64,000 bases of DNA from Acidimicrobiia bacterium (GTDB lineage Bacteria; Actinomycetota; Acidimicrobiia; IMCC26256; PALSA-555). The position numbers and the translations under genes are program-made. The stretch spans positions 3,378 through 67,377 of the forward strand of contig JAWOIO010000127.1 in the NCBI GenBank assembly GCA_046484625.1. The letters are read 5' to 3'. This document shows positions 8,625 to 17,075 of this stretch, in pieces. The notes below the pieces were generated by a model. It made no database searches and was not told the DNA's origin. It was given only the letters and a program-made list of their open reading frames with translations. The first letter of the stretch is position 1; each line of letters starts with the position of its first letter.

Positions 8625-11349
8625 GCTCGCACGAGAGCTCGGCATCTCCAACGAGGAGGTGCTCGAGCTCGCGACCGAGCTGAAGATCGGCGTCAAGAGC
8701 CACTCCTCGAGCCTCGAGGACCCGATGGCCGACCGCGTCCGGCGACTGGCCGACTCCAAGGGGATGCGGCGCGAGCCGATCGTCGACGCGCCCACCAAGC
8801 CGGCCAAGAAGACCGCGAAGAAGTCGACGGCCAAGAAGGCGACTGCGAAGCAGGGCGCGGCCACCGAGGCCGAGTCCGACACCGACGGCTCCGATGCGCC
8901 CGAGGCGCCGCACCGCGTGGTGCGCTCGACCGGCGGGATCCCCGAGCCCGAGGTGTTCCCTGCCGGCGAGGACCAGCGAGTCGTGCGCTCGACCGGCGGT
9001 GTCCCCGAGACGCCCGGTGAGCGACCCCCGATGCCGACGCGGCAGCCGGTCCGCCCGACGGCAGCGCCCGAGCGTCCGCCGATGCCGACGCGCCAGCCCG
9101 CGGCCGCGTCCACACCGCCGCCCGCGCCTGCCGAGGCGCCACCTGCACCCCCCGCGGCCGACGCCCAAGACCCGACGCTGCGCTCGGCGACCGGCAAGCC
9201 GATCCCACCCCCTCCCGGTCAGCGTCGGGTCCCCCCGCCCGCGGGTGGCGCGCGCTCCTTCACGCCCGGAACCGGTGGGGGCGGCTCCCAGCGCCCCTCG
9301 GGAGCCGGTGGTGGTGGTGCCCCCGGCGGTGCTCCACGGCGCCCAGGTGGCGGCGGTGGCGGGTTCGCGCCTCGACCCGGTGGTGGGCCCGGCGGCGGCC
9401 CCGGTGGAGGCCCTGGCGGGCGCCCGGGTGGCGGTGCCGGACGTGGTCGTCCCGGCGGCGGTCCGCGGCCCCGACGCAAGAAGCGCCGTCGCCGCAACGC
9501 CGAAGACCTCGGGCCCGCGTCGGCACCGGTCCTCACGCCGATCGACGCACCCGTTCCCGAGGGCGAGATCGTCGTGCCTCGGGGGATCACGCTCCAGGAG
9601 CTCGCGCCGAAGCTGAACCGCAACACGGCCGACCTCGTCCGCCTGCTCTTCGACGCGGGCGAGATGGTCATCGGGACGCAGTCGCTGGCCGACGAGATGA
9701 TCGAGCTCGTCGCGGAGACGCTCGGCGCCGAGGTGCTCCTCGTCGAGCCGGGCCAGGAGCAGGAGCAGGAGCTCCGCGCGATGCTCGGCGACGAAGAGGA
9801 AGAGGAGGAGGACGAGAGCCTCCTCGAGCCGCGTGCACCGATCGTGACCGTGCTCGGTCACGTCGACCACGGCAAGACCACACTCCTCGACCGGATCCGT
9901 CAGGCCAACGTCGTCTCCGGCGAAGCGGGCGGGATCACCCAGCACATCGGCGCGTACCAGGTGAAGCGCGGCGACAAGCCGATCACGTTCATCGACACTC
10001 CCGGCCACGAGGCGTTCACGGCGATGCGGGCCCGTGGTGCGCAGGCGACCGACATCGCGATCCTCGTGGTCGCGGCCGACGACGGTGTCATGCCCCAGAC
10101 CATCGAGGCACTCAACCACGCGCGGGCGGCCGAAGTGCCGATCATCGTCGCGATCACCAAGTGCGACCGTGAGGACGCCGACCCCGACCGAGCCCGCCAG
10201 GGCCTGGTGGAGCAGGAGCTCGTCCCCGAGGCCTGGGGTGGCGACACGATCGTCGTCGAGGTCGCAGCACCCGAAGGTCGCGGCATCGACGAGCTGCTGG
10301 AGGCGATCCTCCTCGTCGCCGAGATCGAAGAGCTCGCCAGCAACCCCAACGCGCCGGCTCGGGCGTTCGTGCTCGAGTCGAACCTCGATGCCGGTCGCGG
10401 TCCGGTCGTCACTGCGCTCGTCGAGCGGGGCACGCTCCGGGTCGGGGAGTCGGTCGTCGCCGGTGGCGGTTGGGGTCGTGTCCGCGCGATGTTCAACGAC
10501 CGCGGTGAGTCGGTGAAGGAAGCCGGCCCGTCCACGCCGGTCGAGGTGTTGGGGCTCGACGACGTCCCGCTCGCGGGCGACGAGCTGCGGGTCGCACCCG
10601 ACGACAAGGTCGCCCGCTTGGTGGCCGAGGCCCGAGCCCATCGTCGCCGGTCCGCGGAGCTCTCTCGCCCGATGTCGCTCGCCGGGGGAACACGCCTCGA
10701 GGACATCTTCGCGATGGTCCAGCGCGGCGAGGTCGCGACCCTCAACGTCGTGCTCAAGGCCGATGTGCACGGGTCCCTCGAGGCGCTCACCGACGCGCTG
10801 CGCAAGCTCGACCAGGATCACGAAGAGGTCCGGCTCTCCTTCGTCCACCGTGCGGTCGGTGGGATCAACGAGTCCGACGTCGACCTCGCAGCCGTCTCGA
10901 ACGCGACGGTGATCGGGTTCAACGTCCGACCCGACAAGAAGGCCCGAGAGCGCGCCGAGGCCGAGCAGGTCGAGCTTCGGCTGTACGAGGTGATCTACAA
11001 GATCCTCGAGGACGTCAACTCGGCGTTGCTCGGGCTGCTCGAGCCCGAGTTCGAGGAGGTCGTCACCGGTGAAGCCGAGGTGCGAGAGGTGTTCGGGGTG
11101 CCGCGGATCGGGAAGGTCGCCGGGTGCTTCGTGCGGAGCGGCCAGATCACGCGCAACTCGAAGGTTCGCTTCCTGCGCGACGGTGTCGTGATCTGGAACG
11201 GTGCCATCAACTCCCTGAAGCGCTTCAAGGACGACGTCCGCGACGTGCAGGCCGGCTTCGAGTGCGGAATCGGGCTCTCGGACTTCCAGGACCTGAAGCC
11301 GGGCGACATCATCGAGACCTACGACATGAAGGAGATCGCCCGCACCTAG
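8596..11349 (+). CDS. infB: translation initiation factor IF-2
   Basis: 917 aa. N-terminus (TTG)[24 protein letters not shown], a Pro/Gly/Arg-rich linker, and a GTPase domain ([26 protein letters not shown]). Confidence 0.97.
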   Translation: MAVKKIRIYELARELGISNEEVLELATELKIGVKSHSSSLEDPMADRVRRLADSKGMRREPIVDAPTKPAKKTAKKSTAKKATAKQGAATEAESDTDGSDAPEAPHRVVRSTGGIPEPEVFPAGEDQRVVRSTGGVPETPGERPPMPTRQPVRPTAAPERPPMPTRQPAAASTPPPAPAEAPPAPPAADAQDPTLRSATGKPIPPPPGQRRVPPPAGGARSFTPGTGGGGSQRPSGAGGGGAPGGAPRRPGGGGGGFAPRPGGGPGGGPGGGPGGRPGGGAGRGRPGGGPRPRRKKRRRRNAEDLGPASAPVLTPIDAPVPEGEIVVPRGITLQELAPKLNRNTADLVRLLFDAGEMVIGTQSLADEMIELVAETLGAEVLLVEPGQEQEQELRAMLGDEEEEEEDESLLEPRAPIVTVLGHVDHGKTTLLDRIRQANVVSGEAGGITQHIGAYQVKRGDKPITFIDTPGHEAFTAMRARGAQATDIAILVVAADDGVMPQTIEALNHARAAEVPIIVAITKCDREDADPDRARQGLVEQELVPEAWGGDTIVVEVAAPEGRGIDELLEAILLVAEIEELASNPNAPARAFVLESNLDAGRGPVVTALVERGTLRVGESVVAGGGWGRVRAMFNDRGESVKEAGPSTPVEVLGLDDVPLAGDELRVAPDDKVARLVAEARAHRRRSAELSRPMSLAGGTRLEDIFAMVQRGEVATLNVVLKADVHGSLEALTDALRKLDQDHEEVRLSFVHRAVGGINESDVDLAAVSNATVIGFNVRPDKKARERAEAEQVELRLYEVIYKILEDVNSALLGLLEPEFEEVVTGEAEVREVFGVPRIGKVAGCFVRSGQITRNSKVRFLRDGVVIWNGAINSLKRFKDDVRDVQAGFECGIGLSDFQDLKPGDIIETYDMKEIART

Positions 11350-11433
11350 GGCGTTCTCCACCTTTCGCCAGCCGCGGCGCGTCCGGCACGGGTCGCTGCC
11401 CGTCGATCGGGCACCCCGCGCCACAATGGGGTC

Positions 11434-11802
11434 ATGCACGCCGCCGCCGTCCGCTTCGAGCTCTTCGTACCCGAGAGTGGGTCATTGAAGGCCAAGCGGG
11501 CCGCGATCCGTCCGATCATCGACGGGCTCCGGCACCGCATGAAGGTGTCCGTCGCCGAGGTGGACCACCAGGACACGTGGCAGCGGGCGGCGATCGCGGT
11601 GGCCCTGGTGGCACCCACCGACGGCCGGCTGCGCGAGATGCTCGCGACCGTCGACCGGCTCGTGGCCAACGCTCCCGACATCGAGCTGCTCGACACCGAG
11701 ACGATCTGGCTCGACACCGACCCGCCCAACCCCGAGTGGCCGAGTTCCGATTCGCCCAGCTCTGGGTGGGCGGAGTCCGGGCTCTCGCTGGGCGAGGCCT
11801 GA
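11434..11802 (+). CDS. DUF503 (YlxP-like) protein
   Basis: 122 aa. RFELFVPESGSLKAKRAAIRPIIDGLRHRMKVSVAEVDHQDTWQRA is typical of DUF503, which lies between infB and rbfA. Confidence 0.8.
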   Translation: MHAAAVRFELFVPESGSLKAKRAAIRPIIDGLRHRMKVSVAEVDHQDTWQRAAIAVALVAPTDGRLREMLATVDRLVANAPDIELLDTETIWLDTDPPNPEWPSSDSPSSGWAESGLSLGEA

Positions 11803-11803
11803 C

Positions 11804-12166
11804 GTGGTCCGGAGGGCACCGCGACGGTTCGCGCGCACGCTGCGGGTCAACGAGGTCGTGCGGGAGGTGCTCGGCGACGAGCTGGAGCGTCTGGGCGACC
11901 CCCGGCTCGAGATGGTCACCGTCACCGGGGTGGAGGTCAGCCCCGACCTGCGGCACGCGATCGTCTACTTCGCGGCACTGGGAAACCACGATCCGGGGAT
12001 CGCCGCAGCACTCGAGAAGTCCTCGCCGCGCCTCAAGCGCAGCCTCGCGCGCGAGACCCAGCTGAAGTACGTTCCCGCGCTGCACTTCCGCGAGGACCCG
12101 GCCATCGAGGCGGGCCAGCGGGTCGAGGAGATCCTGCGCGAGATGCATCGCAAGGCGGAGTCATGA
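11804..12166 (+). CDS. rbfA: 30S ribosome-binding factor RbfA
   Basis: RVNEVVREVLGDELERLGDPRLEMVTVTGVEVSPDLRHAIVYF, in the syntenic position. Confidence 0.93.
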   Translation: MVRRAPRRFARTLRVNEVVREVLGDELERLGDPRLEMVTVTGVEVSPDLRHAIVYFAALGNHDPGIAAALEKSSPRLKRSLARETQLKYVPALHFREDPAIEAGQRVEEILREMHRKAES

Positions 12167-13155
12167 ACGATCGCCCAAACCCCGCCCCCTCACCAACGGT
12201 CGACCCCGACTTCGACCGCGCGGTCGAGGTGATCGCCGCCGCGTCGCAGATCGCGTTGGCCTGCCACGTGAACCCCGATGGCGATGCCCTCGGCTCGATG
12301 CTGGGGATGTTCCACGCTCTCCGCGGTGCGGGTCGCGATGTCGTGGCGTCGTTCCCGCCACCGTTCGAGGTCGCGCGGCACTATCGCGAGCTCCCCGGCC
12401 TCGAGCTGCTCACCCCGCCCGAGGAGTTCCCCGACGAGCCCGAGGTCATGGTCACGTTCGACTGCGGGTCACTGGACCGTCTGGGCGCGCTCGACGCTCG
12501 AGCGAAGGCGGCGACCGAGCTGATCGTCATCGATCATCACATCTCCAACGACCGGTACGGGTCGATCAACGTCGTCCAGCCCGACGCTGCCGCGAGCGGC
12601 ACCGTCGCGCTCGAGCTCATCGACGCGCTCGGGCTCGCGCTCGATCGGGACGCCGCGGTCTGCCTCTACGCGGCGCTCGTCTGCGATACGGGCCGCTTCC
12701 AGTACGACACCACGACTCCCGCGGTGTTCGACACCGCCCGGCGGTTGAGCGAGTTCGATCTCCCGATCGGGAGCCTCTCGAGGTCCCTGTTCGAGGAGCA
12801 TTCCTTCGCGTACCTCCAGATGCTGGGAGAAGCGCTGCAGTCCGCGGTGCTCGTCCGGGAGCAGCGGTTCGTGTACACGGCGATCACCCAGGATCTCCTC
12901 ACCCGCCACGGCGTACGCATCGACGAGGTCGAAGGGTTGATCGACGTCTTGCGCCGGGCGACGGAAGCCGAAGTCACCTGCGTGCTCAAGGAGGAGGCCG
13001 ACGGAACGATCCGGGTGAGCTTGCGCTCGCTCGGGGACATCGACGTTCGGCGGGTCGCAGAGGCCCACGGCGGTGGCGGCCACCGGTTCGCGGCCGGGTT
13101 CTCCTCCGACCTCGATCTCGACACCGTGATCGCGCGCATCCGCGCGGCGATCTAG
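12163..13155 (+). CDS. nrnA: DHH-family phosphoesterase (NrnA-type oligoribonuclease / pAp phosphatase)
   Basis: Motifs HVNPDGDALGS, DCG, VIDHH and GGGH(RF)AAG. ATGA overlap with rbfA. Confidence 0.9.
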   Translation: MNDRPNPAPSPTVDPDFDRAVEVIAAASQIALACHVNPDGDALGSMLGMFHALRGAGRDVVASFPPPFEVARHYRELPGLELLTPPEEFPDEPEVMVTFDCGSLDRLGALDARAKAATELIVIDHHISNDRYGSINVVQPDAAASGTVALELIDALGLALDRDAAVCLYAALVCDTGRFQYDTTTPAVFDTARRLSEFDLPIGSLSRSLFEEHSFAYLQMLGEALQSAVLVREQRFVYTAITQDLLTRHGVRIDEVEGLIDVLRRATEAEVTCVLKEEADGTIRVSLRSLGDIDVRRVAEAHGGGGHRFAAGFSSDLDLDTVIARIRAAI

Positions 13156-13173
13156 CGGCGGCGCAGGCCGGTC

Positions 13174-14061
13174 GTGGTCGACGGACTCGTGGTCGTCGAC
13201 AAGCCGGCGGGGTGGACGTCGCACGATGTCGTGGCGAGGATCCGCAAGGTCTACGGCCAGCGCAAGGTCGGCCATGCCGGGACGCTCGATCCCGACGCGA
13301 CCGGCGTGCTGCTCGTCGGCCTCGGGCGGGTCACGCGACTGCTCCGCTACCTCCAGGAGACCACGAAGGTCTACCGAGGCCTGGTGCGGTTCGGCGTCGC
13401 CACGAGCACGCTCGACGCAGCAGGCGACGTGCTCGAGCGTGCGCCCATGGACGTGCGACGTGACGACGTTGCGGCGGCATCACAACAGTTCCTCGGCGAC
13501 ATCGAACAGGTCCCTCCGATGGTGTCGGCGATCAAGATCGACGGCCGGCGACTCCACGAGATGGCCCGCCGTGGCGAAGAGGTCGAACGGCCACCGCGCG
13601 CCGTCCACATCGCCCGCCTCGATGTCGTCGCGTTCGAAGAGGGTCCGTACCCGGCGGCCGAGGTGCTCGTCGAATGCTCCTCCGGGACCTACATCCGGAC
13701 GCTCGCCGCGGATCTCGGCGTCGCCCTCGGAGGGAGCGCGCACCTCGAGACCTTGCGTCGGCTGTCGGTGGGCTCGTTCGGCCTCGATGAGGCGCACGAC
13801 CTGGATGCCATCGCGGCCGACCCCGATGCGGTCGTCGTCGCGCCGATCGACGCGATGCGCGACCTCGAACGCGTCGACGTCGACGTCGAGTGCGCCCGCG
13901 CAGTGAGCCACGGCGCGACGTTCGCAGGATCGGCGTTGCCCACCACCGGCGAAGGGCCCTACGCGCTCGCGTCGCCGGCAGGGGAGCTGGTCGCGGTCTA
14001 CGAGCGCCGAGGCTCCGGCGTCAAGCCGTCGGTCGTCGTCGCAACGGGGGACGCGGGATGA
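13174..14061 (+). CDS. truB: tRNA pseudouridine(55) synthase TruB
   Basis: GLVVVDKPAGWTSHDVV...KVGHAGTLDPDATGVLLVGLG, containing the catalytic Asp motif. Confidence 0.96.
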   Translation: MVDGLVVVDKPAGWTSHDVVARIRKVYGQRKVGHAGTLDPDATGVLLVGLGRVTRLLRYLQETTKVYRGLVRFGVATSTLDAAGDVLERAPMDVRRDDVAAASQQFLGDIEQVPPMVSAIKIDGRRLHEMARRGEEVERPPRAVHIARLDVVAFEEGPYPAAEVLVECSSGTYIRTLAADLGVALGGSAHLETLRRLSVGSFGLDEAHDLDAIAADPDAVVVAPIDAMRDLERVDVDVECARAVSHGATFAGSALPTTGEGPYALASPAGELVAVYERRGSGVKPSVVVATGDAG

Positions 14062-15050
14062 GCGCGATGCGGGTGGTCACCGACCTCGTCGGGTACGAGC
14101 CGGCCGCGCGCGGCGCGGTGGTCACCATCGGGGCGTACGACGGCGTGCACCTGGGTCACGAAGCGGTCCTTCGCCTCGTCAGCGACCTTGCAACCGCTCG
14201 CGGGCACGACTCGGTCTGCCTGACGTTCGATCGCCATCCCGCCGAGATCGTGCGGCCGGAGTCCGCCCCCAAGCAGCTCACGACGCTGACCCAGAAGCTC
14301 GAGCTTCTCGCCGCGACCGGGTTCGTCGACACGACGTGCGTGCTCACCTTCGACGAGGCGCGCGGTCGCGAGCACGCAGAGGAGTTCGTGCAGGAGGTGC
14401 TCGTGGAGGGGTTGGGTGCCCGCCTCGTCGTCGTCGGTGCGGACTTCCACTTCGGCCACCGTCGTCACGGGAACGTCAAGCTCCTCGAGCAGATGGGCGC
14501 CGAGCTCGGCTTCGAGGTGCTGGGGCTCGGCCTCGTGCCCATCGAGGGCGATGCGACGAATCTGCCGTACTCCTCCACCCACATCCGCGATCTGCTCGGG
14601 ACCGGCGATGTCGCCGGCGCCGCCCAGCTGCTCGGCAGGCCGCCGCGCCCGTACGAAGTGCGGGGGATCGTCGAGCAAGGGGACAAGCGGGGCCGGGAGC
14701 TCGGCTTCCCGACGGCCAACCTCGCCGTACCGAGCCGCGTGTGCCTGCCGGCCGACGGCATCTACGCCGGGTGGTTCGTCGCCGAGGACGACGAGGTCCG
14801 CCCCTGTGCGATCTCGCTCGGGCGTCGCCCGACGTTCTACGAGTCCGCGGAGGTGTCGTTGCTGGAGGCGTTCGTCTTCGGTGCCGACGGCGGTGACTAC
14901 GACGGCGACCTCTACGGCCAGGCCGTGAAGGTCCGCTTCGTGGAGCGGATCCGCGCCGAGCAGCGCTTCGACTCGGTCGATGACCTCGTGGAGGAGATGC
15001 GCCGCGACGTGGAGCGGGCCCGCGCACTGCTGGTGACGGGCCGCCCCTGA
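14058..15050 (+). CDS. ribF: bifunctional riboflavin kinase / FAD synthetase
   Basis: VVTIGAYDGVHLGHEAVL (FADS) and GIVEQGDKRGRELGFPTANL...LEAFVF...DLYG (RFK). ATGA overlap with the truB stop. Confidence 0.95.
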   Translation: MSAMRVVTDLVGYEPAARGAVVTIGAYDGVHLGHEAVLRLVSDLATARGHDSVCLTFDRHPAEIVRPESAPKQLTTLTQKLELLAATGFVDTTCVLTFDEARGREHAEEFVQEVLVEGLGARLVVVGADFHFGHRRHGNVKLLEQMGAELGFEVLGLGLVPIEGDATNLPYSSTHIRDLLGTGDVAGAAQLLGRPPRPYEVRGIVEQGDKRGRELGFPTANLAVPSRVCLPADGIYAGWFVAEDDEVRPCAISLGRRPTFYESAEVSLLEAFVFGADGGDYDGDLYGQAVKVRFVERIRAEQRFDSVDDLVEEMRRDVERARALLVTGRP

Positions 15051-16502
15051 GTGGGGTCGACGCGACGAGCGACAAGCGTGGTCGCGTGCGCCGTGCTGCA
15101 TGCCGTCGTCGTCGGCGCGGTCGGTGCCGTGCCGGCCGGAGCCGAGCGCTCGAGCGCCGCTCCGGCCGAGGCGGACGCTCCGGCGAGATGGGATCCGGGC
15201 CTTCGGGGCCTCGTGCGCTTCGTGGAGCGCGAGCGCAACCTGTCGTTCGACCATCCGATCGAGGTCGAGTTCCTGGACGATCCCGAGTTCGTCGCCGCGC
15301 TCGCCGTCGAGGAGACCGCCCAGGATCAGAAGCTGGACCGGCTGTACGCGGACGATCTCCACGCGCTCGGGCTCGTCGGCCCCCGCTTCGACCTCGCCGA
15401 GGCAGTGGACGAGCTCGATGCCACGGGCGTCTACGGGTTCTACGACGACGAGCCGGAAGCGATGACCGTACGGGGTCGGGAGCTCGACGACGTCGTGGTG
15501 CGTGCCACGGTCGTGCACGAGCTCACCCACGCGCTGCAGGACCAGGCGTTCGACTTCCGCGCGCTTCGCCGAAGCGCGAAGTCGTCGGGGGCCGACTACG
15601 CGCGCACCGCACTCATCGAGGGTGATGCAACTTGGGTGGAGGAGGCCTACGTCGCGACGCTCCCGGTCCGCGACCAGGACGAGTACTACGCGCAGTTCGA
15701 CCTCACGGCTGAGCCGGTCGACGGCCCGGCACTCACGCCGGCGCCCGCGATCGACCTGCTGCTGGCGACCCCGTACTCCCTCGGCTACTCGTTCGTCGAG
15801 TACCTCCAGTCCACCGGAGGCACCCGCGCGGTGGACCAGGCGTTCCGGGATCCGCCCCCGTCCGACGAGCACATCGTCGACCCGGTCTCGTTCGTCGGGA
15901 ACGAAGACCCCGATCCGCCGGCGAAGCCGAAGCTGGGGCCAGGCGAGGTACGGCGAGGCGGCGCCGACGAGATCGGAGTCGTGCTCCTCTACTTCGTGCT
16001 CGCGGCGCGCGTGGATCCGCGAGCGGCCCTCGCCGCTGCCACGGGTTGGAAGGGCGACACGTACGTGGGATTCGCGCGGGGTGACGTCCCCTGCATCCGC
16101 GCGGCGATCCGGACCGACAGCGGTGTCGAGGCCCGCGAGCTCGCGGCTGCGCTCGGCGAGTGGGCCGGCCCCGATCCCCAGGACGCGGTGTCCGTGGCTC
16201 GGCGTGGCTCGGCGGTCCATCTCGACGCGTGCGGTGTGGCTGACGCACCGCTGCCCACCGAGGAGGCGCTGCTCGAGGCAGCGGACGTGCTCTCGGCACG
16301 GTTCCTCGTCTACGAGGGGATCGAGGATGCCAGCGCCACGCTCACACCGACGGACGTGCGTTGCATCGTCGACCTCCAGATCACCGACCCGGTGGTCCGA
16401 GAGCTGCTGTTCACGCCCGAGATCACGCCACAGGAGCAGCGGCGGCTCGATCGGCGGGGGAGCGATCTGTCCGAGCGCTGCGGCCTGGTGGCGGACGGGT
16501 GA
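15051..16502 (+). CDS. secreted protein with HExxH metallopeptidase-like motif (MA-clan-like), function unknown
   Basis: 483 aa. N-terminal hydrophobic signal-like segment VVACAVLHAVVVGAVGAVPAGA. VVHELTHALQDQ followed ~30 aa later by ALIEGDATWVEE (HExxH plus a downstream Glu). The GTG start abuts the ribF stop. Confidence 0.75.
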   Translation: MGSTRRATSVVACAVLHAVVVGAVGAVPAGAERSSAAPAEADAPARWDPGLRGLVRFVERERNLSFDHPIEVEFLDDPEFVAALAVEETAQDQKLDRLYADDLHALGLVGPRFDLAEAVDELDATGVYGFYDDEPEAMTVRGRELDDVVVRATVVHELTHALQDQAFDFRALRRSAKSSGADYARTALIEGDATWVEEAYVATLPVRDQDEYYAQFDLTAEPVDGPALTPAPAIDLLLATPYSLGYSFVEYLQSTGGTRAVDQAFRDPPPSDEHIVDPVSFVGNEDPDPPAKPKLGPGEVRRGGADEIGVVLLYFVLAARVDPRAALAAATGWKGDTYVGFARGDVPCIRAAIRTDSGVEARELAAALGEWAGPDPQDAVSVARRGSAVHLDACGVADAPLPTEEALLEAADVLSARFLVYEGIEDASATLTPTDVRCIVDLQITDPVVRELLFTPEITPQEQRRLDRRGSDLSERCGLVADG

Positions 16503-16631
16503 CGGCGCTTCGACGGCACCCGGAGTGGTGAAGCCGGCGGACCCGAGGCCGGGTCGATCCCGCGCCCCTGATAGCCTTGACCGGTCCGGCCGTCCGGTCG
16601 GGCCGTCCCACCTCGGAGCCAGAGCGAACGT

Positions 16632-16889
16632 ATGCCCGACACTGCTGCCGTCATCGATGAGCATCGCCGTCACGAGACCGACACCGGTTCGCCGGAGGTC
16701 CAGATCGCGTTGCTCACCGGGCGGGTCAACCACCTGACCGAGCACCTGAAGGTCCACAAGAAGGACCATCACTCGCGACGGGGGCTGCTCATGCTCGTCG
16801 GCCAGCGTCGGCGCCTGCTCGACTACCTCCGGCGCAACGACGTCGAACGGTATCGGGCACTCATCGCCAAGCTCGGACTCCGTCGGTAG
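16632..16889 (+). CDS. rpsO: 30S ribosomal protein S15
   Basis: 85 aa. [49 protein letters not shown]. Confidence 0.97.
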   Translation: MPDTAAVIDEHRRHETDTGSPEVQIALLTGRVNHLTEHLKVHKKDHHSRRGLLMLVGQRRRLLDYLRRNDVERYRALIAKLGLRR

Positions 16890-17075
16890 GACCTACCAGG
16901 GGCCGCGCCAGGGAGGCGCGTGCCCGACGAAACAGCGCCCGGGCACGATGTCCGGTGCAACGACGAGCGCGTCGGTTGTCAGTTGCCAGCGCCCGGGCCC
17001 CGGTTGCCGAGCAACAGGTCCGGACCCTGACCACTGGGAACCGCCGGCTCTCCGATTCGAGGAGTACCAGTTCCC

